Positions 22,640 to 35,443 of a stretch of 64,000 nt of DNA are shown one piece after another (the first letter of the stretch is position 1; the number at the start of each line of letters is the position of its first letter). The notes under the pieces were generated by a model that saw only the letters and a program-made list of their open reading frames with translations, had not been told where the DNA came from and did no database searches. The position numbers and the translations under genes were made by a program. This DNA comes from Acanthaster planci (Eukaryota). The DNA is taken from the NCBI RefSeq assembly GCF_001949145.1, contig NW_019091358.1, positions 155,984-219,983 on the forward strand, read 5' to 3'.

Positions 22640-22740
22640 TCAGTGGATGGTACGGTACTTCTTGAAGCAGGGGGCGATGCAGAGGGGCTGGTAGCATGTG
22701 TCATACTCGATGTGTACATGTATCTTCTTTCGCTGACCCT
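22640..22740 (-). mobile_element. piggyBac transposase C-terminal Cys-rich domain fragment
   Basis: GQRKKIH..EYDTCYQPLCIAPCFKKYRT* matches the piggyBac LCxxPCFxxYHT pattern; degenerate ttttcaagggatgaaa repeats at 21810-22040 may be its 3' region. Confidence 0.6.
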
Positions 22741-22903
22741 GAAATAAAGCCCCAATTCTCCATCCCCGGGAACCTAAACTTTTTAACTGACAGCAACAAA
22801 CTCTAAAAAAAACACCCGGCAACTTTTTATTTTCATTATTTTTTTAATTTTTTTAATTAGAGTTCCGATTTCGGATTCCCTGGCCACGGATATAAGGCCT
22901 ATG

Positions 22904-23107
22904 TGTCCAGAACCAGGCACCCCTGTGTGAAGTGGTTAACGAAAATCATTGTATTTGCGCTTTTTTTTTCAATTAACTTTATTTTCAATTCTTGTGTTTC
23001 TATTTTTATCTGTATTTTCGGGCCTTTTTGGTTTTTATTCCCACCAGGGTGCCCAGTTTCGGGCACCCTGTGTTTATATGCAGAGCTGGGGTGCCCGGTT
23101 TTGGACA
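22904..23107. repeat. Short MITE-like inverted-repeat element
   Basis: tgtccagaaccaggcacccc ... ggggtgcccggttttggaca. Confidence 0.55.
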
Positions 23108-24388
23108 AAAGAGCTGGTCAGTGTAACAAAAGACTGTACTGTACTTGGAACAAAAGACCTGCTGCTGGGAATTGCCATCATTTTTTTACTTCCATTTTTC
23201 GAAGGTAATCTGGCACTGTTTTGAAACAGTATACCACTTTTTTGGGCAAGGAAACAAAGGAAATTATGCAACACTTCACAATTCTGGGCTCTCTTTTACA
23301 GGGCTGCAGGCCTGGGCTGAATACTCGGACGTCAATGAAGGTTGTCTGACAGATTAGAGTAGCCACCAGAGAGTCGTTCGTGTGGGTGGAAATGTCCAGT
23401 AAATAAATACATGAATTTTTGAAGAATTTTAAAAACGGAAAATCTTGAAAAGGCCCGGCATCTCATCCCATTTGAGAGAAATCTTCCCAGCATGAAGTAG
23501 TTGATATAGATTTTAATATTCATGAGCAAAACTGTGATATAATCCAAGGCACTGAACCTCAATGTTGCATTGATCTGTGCAAAAAGTTTTCTAGATTTTC
23601 TATACTTTGTTATCAAAGATTTTCATTTCCTTTTGCAATTTTTGTTAATAGAAAGTACATGTACATGGCAATAAGCCAGCAAGCAACATTTTCCCATGAA
23701 TTTGTTCTAAGCGAAAATTAGGCTTTCAATATTTAAACAATATGGAAAATGAACTTCTTGGATAAACACTGCCCTCATTTTTCTTTGTCAATTTTCAATA
23801 TTTCAAAAGTCAACTTTACAGTTCATTAACTCCAAAAAGATTTCGAACAGTTTTCATATATTGAAGAAGAGCTTAGATATGCTCAAAAAGTGATTCTGAG
23901 AAAATTTATTGCATTGAACCTTCAACGTAAATTGCATGGCTTTTGGTGTTTTTTAACAAGATTTTGTTGCAGTCACAATTGTTGGCAAAAAAGCATTTTG
24001 CAATCACATTCCTCAGGCAGGCAACCATACATATGAATTGGCACAATGGCAACTGAAAATTGCTATTATACAATGAAGGCTGGGAAGGAATAGGGTGTAA
24101 ATGTTTTTGCTATTGCAGTTTTGTGGGGATGAATTATTAATTAGTCCAAACGTGGTTGTACGTTATTTGTGAGAATGAATCAATAATTCATTGAATAAAT
24201 ACATGTGCGAATAAAATAGCATGGTAGAAATCTCCATGCCGTCCCTTCCTTGTCCTTATAAATTACGGAATAACTGCTATGCATAAACATTTTCTGTGGA
24301 ATCTAAATATAATGTTATCTACAGTAGCATTGTATTGTGATATGTTCAATGTAAACTGACAGCATTTCTTTATCGCTTCAATTTATAG

Positions 24389-24609
24389 GCATTAGTAAAC
24401 TGACTAAGCTGCACACACTGAACCTCAGCTTTAATAATATATGCACACTTGAAGGAGCAGGATTTGACAGGTTGACTCAACTCCAGTGTTTAACCATCAG
24501 TAACAACAGAATTGGATCTCTCAATGGCCTGGCACATGTAATGTCTCTGTTGGAGTTGTACATCGGGAATAACCTTATCCAAAATATCCGAGAGATTTTC
24601 AGTCTAAAG
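24389..24609 (+). CDS. LRRC9: LRRC9 internal exon (phase 1-0)
   Basis: (G)ISKLTKLHTLNLSFNNICTLEGAGFDRLTQLQCLTISNNRIGSLNGL...ELYIGNNLIQNIREIFSLK; AG/GT. Confidence 0.92.
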
Positions 24610-25758
24610 GTAGGTACAGCTCACACAAGTCACTCTTTACTCTTGTTAAATTCCCTAGGTAATTACACAAGAAAACACACACCAGATTCTTGCTTAAAAA
24701 GGGAAAAAATATAAAGTGCTTGCTGTCACCTGGTGAAAAAAGCACTTTTCTGATACTTGATTGATCAGTGTGTCAGTAATTTAGATATGTTGGACCCACT
24801 CATGAAAATAAAGGCTTCCTTTCTGAAAGAGAAATATGTGAACCAAACTTCTGTTTTACCATCACATAGCTTATGCCTCTAATGCTGATTGAACCTGATG
24901 TGAAAACTGATGTGACAGGATTTTTCATATCGTTATCTCTCTGTTCCTTCCCATTTCACTTTTTTTTGTATTAAATAATGTTCTATTCCTTAGATTGACT
25001 CTATACGTGTAGAGAGATAGAGCCTTCTATGCATAGGTCATGAATAATTCATAAGAGAAGCCACATGCCACTTCCTGTGGCACCATCTTCTGAGCCATGT
25101 GGCTTACCTCATCATTCTGATGTTAGCATACGACAGGTACACACGTTTTCTTCTTTATGTCATTGTTCAACAACCAAGTTCTCCACCTACATGTATATGT
25201 ACACTGTAGAATGTTAAACCTTTGATGATCTTTGGCTGCTATTACCAACCTTTTGTATTATGCATACTCTAAGTTCATCAATATGTACATGTAGCTACTG
25301 GAAAAGAACATTTGGTGTCACAAAAACATTGTAACTGAGAAAAAAGGTAGCAGCTGCTGAATGGAGGAGCTGTAATCACAGTTCAAATTCAGGGATGGAG
25401 AGGGGGAGAAGGCAACCAAGCTGGTTGTGGTCAGGTTTCAGGTTTATTTCCATACTATATATAAGTAAATAATATAGAAGTTAACAGAACTAAATTTATA
25501 ATAGTATTTGGGAGGTCAGATAAAAAGCGGAATGTTGTACTGGGTCTGCCCCTTGAAGGAGAATACTTGTAATTACACAATTCTTAGGGTAAAACATTAA
25601 CAATACCGAAGTGTGATTGCTTTCTTCGCTTAAATTTTAAATGATTGCACTCGTATAACAGACTCATTCCTGTCCCCGCAGTGTATAAGGTAATGTGGGG
25701 ACCGCTAACCAGACTATATAAATGTACTATGGAAGGGCTGTGTAGCACCATGATCAGA

Positions 25759-27071
25759 ATATCGAGAAGAATATAATATCAAATCATTGTCAGTGCTCAC
25801 ATTGAACAATTTCGCATTCAACAGTGAGCTCTGCATTCATACCAGTGGTGTGGTTATGGGCCTGTCTGTTTGTTGGCCACATGGAGGAGCAGATGCTGAC
25901 CCAATATCAGGGCATGCAGCTGTTAATGTACTGGCGATACATCAATGATATAGTTGGTGCTATCACCGGGAGGTGTGATGACGTTGATAATTTCTTAGCG
26001 TTTGCGGATGCTTTTCACCCAGCACTGCACTGTGCATCTGATGTGTCACAACTCTCTGTTACCTTCCTCGACGTGCGTGTCCAGATCTGTGCCCGGAAAC
26101 TTGGCACAACTATGCATTACAAACCCACAGATTCCCACAGCTACCTGCAATACGTACCAATCGTCTCACCCCTCAAGTGTGAGAACTCCATCCCTTACTC
26201 TCATTTTTTCGACTGCACAGGATTTGTAGTAGCAATGCAGAGTTCTCTGCGCGTGGGAAGGAAATGCTAGGTTTCTTTCATCAGCGTGGTTACCCCCCCG
26301 GTTATCACAGACGCTGCCTTCAACGTCTTATCTTCAATCCCACGCGAAACGGCTCTGAAACCCCCAGGGCCAAGCAACGTGATCACATCCCCCTCGTACT
26401 CACATACCACCCTCAAAACATCCCGGTATGTAATATTCTTCTCAAACATTTCCGTACACTCAGAAATGATGCGGCCACAGCTTCCATTTTCACCGAACAC
26501 ACGATCGTTCTGCCGGGGACATGGTTGTACTTTCCCGGTTGGATTCCGTCTCGCCGTCAAAAGCAGGCAGCAATTCCCCTTGTCAGCACCCCAGATGCAA
26601 CACCTGCCCCTACATAGTTAACAGCCCGTTGGTTGTTGGCCCCCACGGTATAGCTACAGAATACACTTGGATCATACATGCATTACTAATGTGGTTGCAT
26701 TACATGTCGTCGCTGTGGTAAACTGTACATCGGAGAGACCAAGCGTTGCCTAGGTGACTGTTTCGCAGAACACTTGTGTGCCAACAAACACCTGGTCTCA
26801 CTGTTGCACAGCACTTTTGCGCGCCGCCACATACCCTTGGTGACGTAAGCGTCTGCATCCTGCGGAAAGCGTCATCTGATGTACAGCGTAAGGAACTGGA
26901 GCAGCGCGTCATTTTCAAACTTTAAACGCTGCATCCAGGGGGAATGAAGGTGGATTTTTCCGCGTTCATTCAGAACTGAATCTGCTTGCCCTGAAGAAGG
27001 TACTCAGTTACCGAAAGCTTGGCAATCACATATATCAGAGCACTGATTTAATATTATATTCTTGTTGATAT
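25759..27071 (+). mobile_element. Penelope-like retroelement, 5'-truncated (RT plus GIY-YIG endonuclease)
   Basis: LTLNNFAFN, WRYIND, TFLDV, HYKPTDSHSYL, IPLVLTYHP, CGKLYIGETKRCLGDCFAEH; hammerhead motif in the 3' end. Confidence 0.9.
26986..27025 (+). ncRNA. Minimal type I hammerhead ribozyme of the Penelope-like element
   Basis: Stem I TTGCC/GGCAA; core CTGAAGA; stem II GGTA-ctcagt-TACC; GAAA; palindromic loop-less stem III (AAGCTT). Confidence 0.75.
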
Positions 27072-27649
27072 ATAAATGTATTCGGCTGGTACCCGCACTA
27101 GTTTCACATTAGCATTTACGCAATTATCGAAACAGGGGACAGTGCATTTGCAAACGATATCATTTACGTATAACTGTAAGTTTTACAGTAGGCTCATTAT
27201 CTTCTGAAATTGTTCAGCTTGTTTCTTTGGATAAGTTCCTTAAGACAGGGGTATGACAAAACAATTAACAACACAATTAGCTTAGTGCTCCCAGGCTTTG
27301 CCTCGGGGCGCCATACGGCCCTCAGGTGTGCACAACGTTATATCCCACACCGCAGCGGTTAATAATTGTTAAATCTTACTTTATTTTTCACATTACAATG
27401 TAAAAGGAAAATAAAGATATCACAAATTCACGGCAATAAATTTCGATCTCACTGATGCAGATGTGGTCAGGTTGTGCCCCCCAGCACAGCAAACAATTGC
27501 AGAGGACGTCATCAACTGGATTTTGACGTACTGACATACACTTGACATGAGACCCTGTCAGCCAGTGTAGATTGAGTGACTTAACCAGGAGACAATACAT
27601 GTAGTGCCCTGGAGAGTCTCTGCCAAATTATTCATTACAGGTCATGAAA

Positions 27650-29750
27650 CTTCTCCAACGGGCAGAAATCACATCACCTAAAGACTGTCCTCAGGTGATC
27701 AATATGCTTGTTTCATTTGTTTATTGTACGTACCTTCTATTAAATTTTGCCCAAGTTGTGGCATTCTTGTGTTTACTGCTCTAGTTTTCTTGTCAGAATA
27801 TCTTAAGAGTGGTTGTCTCGTTATTCTGTTTCTGTTTTGGATCTCTGAGTCTGTTTGTATTCCGCCGGAATTTTGGTGTTTCCCTTCTTTCTCTCTGTAT
27901 TTCATCTCCCTCTCTGTGTATTAGATACAAGTTCCAGAGGGAGATTTTAGAGTTTCACCTCTCTTTGACTTCTTTGCCCATTCATGGGCCAGGGATTGCT
28001 GGTTAGTAATAAGGACAGTGGTGCAGTCATTTTGGTCCTTGCTCACATAGGGAATAGGACAGTGCACAGATTTTACCATTCCCTCCCTTTTGGTCGGTTC
28101 GGGGTATGACCATGCGATACCCTTATTTGCTCCAGTAATGCACCTGTGAGTATGGAAATATTCACGACATCATGAGGGGTGGGCTACTGGTGTGTTATCC
28201 GGTACGCTGCTCTGCGTGCCCATGGGCCCTTCGAAATCCTGTTATCTCTGGTCCGGCCGCTCCACTACTGCCTTCCAGAGTGAAGACTTCTGGGGGGTAA
28301 CTGAGTTTGCCACTCGAGAGAGTGCACGGCCAACTCATTGCTCAGCACAGCCACAAGGTTAGGTGTAACCGTAGCACGTAGGGATCTCTTATGGGCCTCT
28401 TCAAGCAGCGAGCATTGTGTTCAGCCCACTCCCCCTCCTCCACGGTTGGAGCATGTGTGAGTACACCCCTCTCGCAGGCAACTCGGGGCATAACTCGGCT
28501 TCCTGCAGTCAGCTTGGCTTACCAGTGTAGATTCGCTGTTGCACGCAGGGATTTCTTCAGCGGGCGCATTTCACCCTTCTGCAGCTGCTTGGTGTGTGAC
28601 TTATTCTGGGGTTAGGCTTCCTCACAAAAAATCAAACTCTATCCCCCCATTCCCCGATTATCTTCGTCCTTGACACACTTTGTGTGTCAAAAAAGTGGAA
28701 GAATATGGCGGCCGCTTTCACTGGGTTTAAGCAAGTGGGGCCACACTACTGGTGATCGAAAATTTACCGAATGGAAGTAACGGACTAGGAAATCATGCAT
28801 AGGTATAGGTAATCTGGCGGGTATGCAGTAATAGACTCAACCTACCTAGGTAGGTGGAGATTTTAATTGGCTCTTTTATGGATAAAAAATTGCTAATGAT
28901 ATGAACAGACCAATGACGTTCACTGCATGAAGAGTATTCTTGTGCACAGTTCAGCATCATCAACATGTTACACAATCAAGTGTTGCCCGAAGTTAGAAAT
29001 GCAATGTCACCAACACGACTTGAATTATCATGTCATATCACAAAGACATTCATCAGGAAGGAGAGGGACAGAGAGGAGATCTACAAAGGCCTTAAAACTG
29101 GTAGTGGGATTGGGTGGAAACAAAATCTGGATGAATTTTTTCCTCCAAGTTCATTCAGAAATTGAAGAAGCTGCAGCATTGAAACCAACTTAAGCTTGTT
29201 CCAGAACCAACTCATCCACTCAAGTGGCTGCACTTGCGATGTGATTGACGACTCTATCTGTGATTGGAAACATCTGCAGCAGTCCATCACGACTGGTGAA
29301 GTCCTGCACATTTGGTCTTATAACCCAGTTGAGGATGACTCTTACCAGCTGCTTCTTCATGCTGAGCTTCAACTGATGGTTATGGAAGCACTGCACAATG
29401 AGGCAGGACAAGAGTGGATTTTGATCCTTATCAGAAAAAGATTCTTCTGGCTTGGAATGGCTGCGTCAGTTGAGAAATGGTGCAAGACTTGTGAGCAATG
29501 TACCATCTCTAAAACACTATTGCAGTCCAACAACTATGGGGAAGCTACTAGCTGAGCACCCACTTGACATCTTAGCAATCGATTTCATGATTCTCGAAAG
29601 GGCAACAGATGGCAGGGATAATCTCTTAAGTCATGACAGATGTTTTCAGTAGAATTCTCCCAAAATGTTCTGTGTCGAGATCAGAAGGCACCGATTGTGG
29701 CTGAAGTCCTTGTTCAAAAGTGGTTCCAGAACTTGGGGGTTCCATGCTGA
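27650..29750 (+). mobile_element. Degenerate Gypsy LTR retrotransposon (LTR-like region and integrase fragments)
   Basis: EALHNEAG..IRKRFFW..VEKWCKTCEQC (HHCC), HPLDILAIDF, RDQKAPIVAEVLVQKWF..LGVP; PBS-like TGGTGCAG near 28019. Boundaries approximate. Confidence 0.7.
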
Positions 29751-30091
29751 TGTAATGGAATTCCCACACTAATGTACAAATAGGTTAACAGAGATAAGCA
29801 TTTTGTTATCAGAATGGAAAATTTCTTCAGATAGTCAAAAGTAACAGCTGTCTTTCAACTTAAAACAGACTTTGCTTGAATTTCCTGGGACTGGCTGGAT
29901 AACCACCTGCTGTATTCCAATGGGAAATGAAAATCTGCTTCCAATGTTCACCACCATTACCACACTCAACACCATTACCAACCATAAACCATTAATAGTA
30001 GTGTTTAGAAATCAATAAAATTGTCACAAAGGAAGAGACAGATGTCATAAGATAATATTTATATTACGTATTGAAATTTGAACTCTTGCAG

Positions 30092-30211
30092 CATCTTCCC
30101 AACTTTGTTATTCTGGATCTGTTTGGAAATCCTGTAGCATCAGCAGAAAATTACAGGCTGTTTGTGGTGTATCATCTCAGGACATTGAAAGCTTTGGATG
30201 GCACTGCAGTG
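30092..30211 (+). CDS. LRRC9: LRRC9 internal exon (phase 0-0)
   Basis: HLPNFVILDLFGNPVASAENYRLFVVYHLRTLKALDGTAV (LRRcap); AG/GTAAG. Confidence 0.93.
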
Positions 30212-31504
30212 GTAAGTTCATTTGGTAGCTGGAATTGATAATTACATTGCTTAAATGTTAAAATTGTAAAGTGAGAATATATTTTTCTTTTTGGGGTGCA
30301 GGATAGTTGAGGCAAAATGGTGATTGGAGCATGTTTTTAAAAGTTTTTGAACCAGTTGGGGACAGTTTAATTTGTTACGAAATTCTGGACCAAGTTGTAG
30401 GGACAGACATTTTTTATTATAGCATTTTTGGTCCCTACGATATATATACTTTCAGGTGCATCTGTATAGGTCATTCTTAGGATTTGGTTACTTTGGGACC
30501 AATGGGCTAAATTTCATAATTTCTTATAATTAACAAAGAGATCATGTCATGACAACAGCTCTGATTATACGCAATATATTTGTCAGGAAACATGACCTAC
30601 AGTACATTGCGATTGAAAGTTAATACCAAAGTGGGAAAATCTTTTTACATTTTTTTCTCTTCCCAGGGAATTCCTTTTCTTTTCACAAAAGTGGGAAAAG
30701 ATTTTCACAGATTATCTCTGGTAGTGGGGGAAATAATTGTGCAAGCTTTCTTCATTAGTTAGTATTTGTGCATGTACATATAGACATAAAACAGTTTTTG
30801 TTTTCTGTGGTTTGAAACATGTGCATCTCTGAATATGGAAGCGGAGGAAAATCAGTGTGAGACAAAAGCACTTTAATTCTCTGGAATATCCCGAAGATAA
30901 CTTGAGGAAGACAGCATTAAAATTTCAACGCAGTATGTGTCTCGGTGTTGAGCAAAATACAATGAGACAGGCGAAATCAAAGCTGGCCTATGGTGGAGGT
31001 TGGAGACAAGCACTGAACGCTGAACAGCTGAATTACAGTAGATTTCCATTATAGCCCGCTCTCAATGAGACCTAACAGAATTGAGCGTTATAACCGCACA
31101 GCCTAGTGTATAACCGACTTGGATGGGTGCCCAACATGTGCACTGCATATGTGCACATATACAGATACATGTACATGTATGTGAATTACATTTACATGTA
31201 TTGGCAGATATATATACCGTAATTTTGGAATAAATGCCTTTTATCCAGTTATCTCGATGTTTTCTTGACGCTGATAAAAAAACATCACCAAATCTCTTCA
31301 AAAACCACCACGGGACCTTGTGCATGCCGCGCCGTATCGCAAAGCATGCACTGCATCTACACCCACCGCAACATCCTGACTATTAACTGCATGCCCATTC
31401 ATGGACTGTCCAATCTCTGACTTTTTCCAATAACCATGTGACCACAGAAAGTGACATGTCTTCAGAAAACCCAAGTGAAAACAGACCCGATATGACACGC
31501 CGAA

Positions 31505-31710
31505 CACAATCGGCAAAAAGACGAGATTTGCTACGTGCAGATACACGTACAATTTAAGCAGTTGATTTTATTTATAGGTAGAAAGAAACCTTTAGAAAAC
31601 TACATGTATCTCAATGTTGATTTTTTTTGTGTGCCAAACTACGCCACGAGAATAAATAAAAAGAATGGGCAAATAACCCATGTCGCCACAGCAGAGCAAG
31701 TTAAAAGTGT
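31505..31710 (+). repeat. Dispersed repeat; inverted copy at 51195-51400
   Basis: tgtgccaaactacgccacgagaataaataaaaag...acagcagagcaagttaa is the reverse complement of the 51.2-kb segment. Confidence 0.8.
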
Positions 31711-31997
31711 GTCATGTCAGGGGTATGCAGTCACTGTGGTGGGCCTTTTGTGTTGGCTAACTCTTTCTTGTTTTCATGACTAAGGAAAAGCTCATGCTTA
31801 TGAGTTGGTTGTTAACAGCTTCATCAGGATGTGTAGCCTATGCTTAAAGGTGGAAATAAAATATAGCATTTGATTATTCTCAGACAATTTACAGACTATG
31901 CCACTTGGACAATGAACTTGTGATTTCTGGAACAGCTCAACAAATGCATTTGTTAATACTGTTGCCCAACTAAACACATTGGGTGAAAATGTCTTAA

Positions 31998-32414
31998 CCC
32001 CTTGACGGCGGGAATTTCTTCCCCGAAAGCCGACTGCGAGAATTCCAGCCTCGCTTGGCCACGAAGGCCACCTGCCAAACCGCACATTCTCGATTTGTGG
32101 CCCTGCGTGCTCTGCACGTTTTGAATTACACAGTGAAAAGGCTGATTGCTCGGTGGCATGCAGCTCTACTCACCCTTCCTTATTCCCATTGCCTCTTTTC
32201 AAAGTGGGGACTATTGTGAAGCTGGTGATTATGGTGCAAATTCGGTCTTTTCATTTCTGGGCTATGCACAAAGACCAATTACCATATATACAAGAACCAG
32301 GGTCTGCCTTCTTTCACCATGTTCGCTTGAGCGTGAGCCGAGAATGATAGCTGAAAAGTGGGCTGAGGATCTCAATTTTTACGGCGTGTCTAGCCGCCTC
32401 CCGGGGCGAAGGGG
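31998..32414. mobile_element. piggyBac-type MITE with TTAA TSD
   Basis: TTAA|CCCCTT...AAGGGG|TTAA. Confidence 0.75.
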
Positions 32415-34719
32415 TTAACCATGGCAGTTTGCAGAGTCAATAATGCAGGCGTATGAACTTTAAAATCACATTTTGAACACAGGGCATGCTTGCCCCCACA
32501 TTTAGAACTGTAACTGAAAATTACCAAGCAATTAAAAAACTTGGCATACTTGCCACAAATAAACTTGGCATGCTTGCCACACATACTCTTGTGATATGCT
32601 TGTCACACAGAACTAGGGGCATGCTTGCCTGCACGTACAGACTTGGCACGTTTGCCACATGAATTTGGGCAGATATTGCCCACACACTTCCCAAACCAAT
32701 TATGCCACACGCGCAAGGCGCGCCCCATGGGACAAAGGACCACCACAGCGAACACAAAGAAGATCCCCCAACCCCACTCAGCTGAACAACAAAAATAAAC
32801 CTTCCACCAATGCAAAAGGCACAGCCGCTGGTGGCTTGCACAGGAATCAACACGTGCTCAACCCATGGGTACATTAATCTTTAGTATTACTTCTAATGAA
32901 TGGAACATTAAAAGGTAACGTCATGCAGCCAACTGTATAAGAATAAGCCCTCTATGAGAAAGGTGTACCCCATCATATCAAAACAAGTGGAACTGCGACC
33001 ACTGAACTTGTGGGTGGTGAAGAACCTATGCCCCATTTATTCGTGGAACGCCTCTTCATCTCCACCCTGGAGGGGGAATATGCCCCAAAGTAACAAGCTC
33101 TGGGAAGTACAGTATGTCAGACCAGACAAGCCTTGCCCTTGGAAACCTCGAAGCATTCCAGCATGAAATCTTAATGCGCTGTCTGAAACAAAAGGCGTCC
33201 AACTACACTAGGTCATTTGTACCAAGGTGAACAATAAGCAATTTAGGGGATGGCCACCTAGCTTCCAGTTCATCCAGCAATTTAGGAATGGCGCTGTTAC
33301 GAAGTCATATATTTTTTTAGCACGAACATTGATTACCTCAACACAGGGATTTAAAAAAACAGAACTCACAAAGGAAGGACAGCAGAGACAAAGGTTAACT
33401 TAATCAAAATTGAATTGATCTTTCGTAAAAACAGAAAACACAACAAAAGTATTCTATTTACAAAGGGCAAATTATAAAATGAGCTTAAGAAAGATAGACA
33501 CCGTCCTTAAATGTAGGGATTGCTCCGACAAATATGAGCGTGGAGACCCCTATGGATTTATATCCAGGGATTACTCACTTGCCAGTTCTACCGAAATGTG
33601 GGGAAGTCTAGCTTACTCATGAAGAACTATGTAAACAACACAAAATATTATAGATATAGCAAGACAGTCAGGCAGCAGAGTAAATCAGAAATTTGCCTAA
33701 ATTGGGATGTTAAAGAGTTTTGAGTCCAATAACAACAAATAAAATGCAATAAGCCACATGGAAAAGCCATCTTGGCAAAATGGCAAGAAAATGCTTGCTC
33801 ACGTGACATGACTGTGTTTCTGGAAGGGGTGTTAAAGAGAATCACTGGTTTATTGCATGAAGGTTGTCCGTGTAACAAAGAAAAGACTCATCAAATTGCT
33901 GGAATTTAATGAAAAAGGGCAGACAAGATGGCTACCCAAACAATGTGCTCTTGGTCAACAAACAATTCAGCTGAGAACTAGGGAACATGAAGAGCACCAC
34001 CAAGGCTGAGGAGTGGAGAAGAATGTCAGTGCTGTAAAATGTGAAGGGTGCCACCAATGTCTTATAAGAAATGGTCACCAGGATCAAATAAAAAACAATG
34101 TTGACTCCGTCATAAGCTGAACCGAAGTGAAGATTTCCCCGTCAACTGTAAGGTATTTTGCCACATCACCATGCACGCATCGCTCCCATTGGTTAGTATA
34201 GTTAGAATTTCACCTTTGTGCACACCCCTCCCCAATGAGAGCCAAGGGCACCAGGCATTTGGACTTTACCAAAAAACTTGTTAAAGACAGTGCGACTGTG
34301 TCACAAAATAATCATCTAACGAGGGTACCCCAAATGTATGGTTACTGAGAATAATGTATTTATTGTTTATGTACAATAAAATGAATTAAGATAAAGGGGA
34401 ATATACAATGAAGGATATAGATTGTAGAATGTTAACCTTTAGTAAAATAAACAGTGGAGCATACCATCTTTCAGACACTGGTTAAAGGATATTATGGCAC
34501 TAGTACAGAAAAAAGCAAAAAAGATTGCATTTTCATTTTGTCAATTTCACAGGACAAAGGAGCAAACAAATTCTACACTTGAATTGAAACTGCTTGTCAA
34601 CATTTCAATTTTTTGAAAATTGCATGCATGCAATGTTTTCCACAGTTTTTTAGGCTTCAGTGCTGGGATAGGAAAAATGTAATTTTATACTAAGTTTGAG
34701 TAATTGGCTACTTTCACAG

Positions 34720-34895
34720 GAATCCTCTGAAGGTGGAACTGCGAAGGATAAATTTGGTGGCAGGTTGACACAAGACTTTGTAGCAGAGAAACTGGGTCAC
34801 TCAAACTTTCACGAAGTGCGGGAGCTAGACTTTCCTCAATGTGCTTTTCGGCAGATTGATCTTGGGACAGGGGAGCACTTCATAAACCTAAGAAG
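34720..34895 (+). CDS. LRRC9: LRRC9 internal exon (phase 0-2)
   Basis: ESSEGGTAKDKFGGRLTQDFVAEKLGHSNFHEVRELDFPQCAFRQIDLG; the AKDxFGGRLTxD..GHSNF segment is characteristic of LRRC9. Confidence 0.93.
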
Positions 34896-35379
34896 GTAAC
34901 AGCTCAAATGTTATACAAAATTTAGACTTGCTGCTACAGAACAGATGGTTGTAAAGAAAATTATTGATTACATGTACCACTATTTACAGTGTGCATGGTT
35001 GTTTAAAACACTCTGATTTTCCAATGGGCTTGTAGCAGTTAAAACTTGTTAATCAGGTCATCTAGAAGTTGTAAGAATGACCTTGATTTGGGACTTTTAC
35101 AAGAAGTACATCCAAACAATTATCATTCATTGCAAATGTACATGTCATGCATCTTCAAAAACACTTCACAATGTGCAGATATCATGAATAAAGGCAGTCG
35201 TGTGTAAGAGGGCAAGGGTCTAAGAAGGATGGAGAAATCATTCTCTCTTTGCACACTCAATGTCTGAAGATTTCTGCAGAGACACGGACAAAATGCCTTC
35301 CATTTAATGAGTAATTGCTTTAAATTGTTTCGTCAGTGCTATATCTACTTATTACATTTAAGGTATCTTTTTGCTTCAG

Positions 35380-35443
35380 TGTGAACTTGGAGCATAACAG
35401 TCTGCAGTCTTTCAGTGGCCTTGTGTACTTGTTGAACCTCAGG
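35380..35443 (+). CDS. LRRC9: LRRC9 internal exon (phase 2-0)
   Basis: (S)VNLEHNSLQSFSGLVYLLNLR; AG/GT. Confidence 0.9.

Noticed and set aside
32480..32680. Zn-finger-like CGKxAK peptide repeats
   Set aside because: Better explained as a degenerate ~24-bp tandem repeat (ggcatgcttgccac) with no sustained ORF
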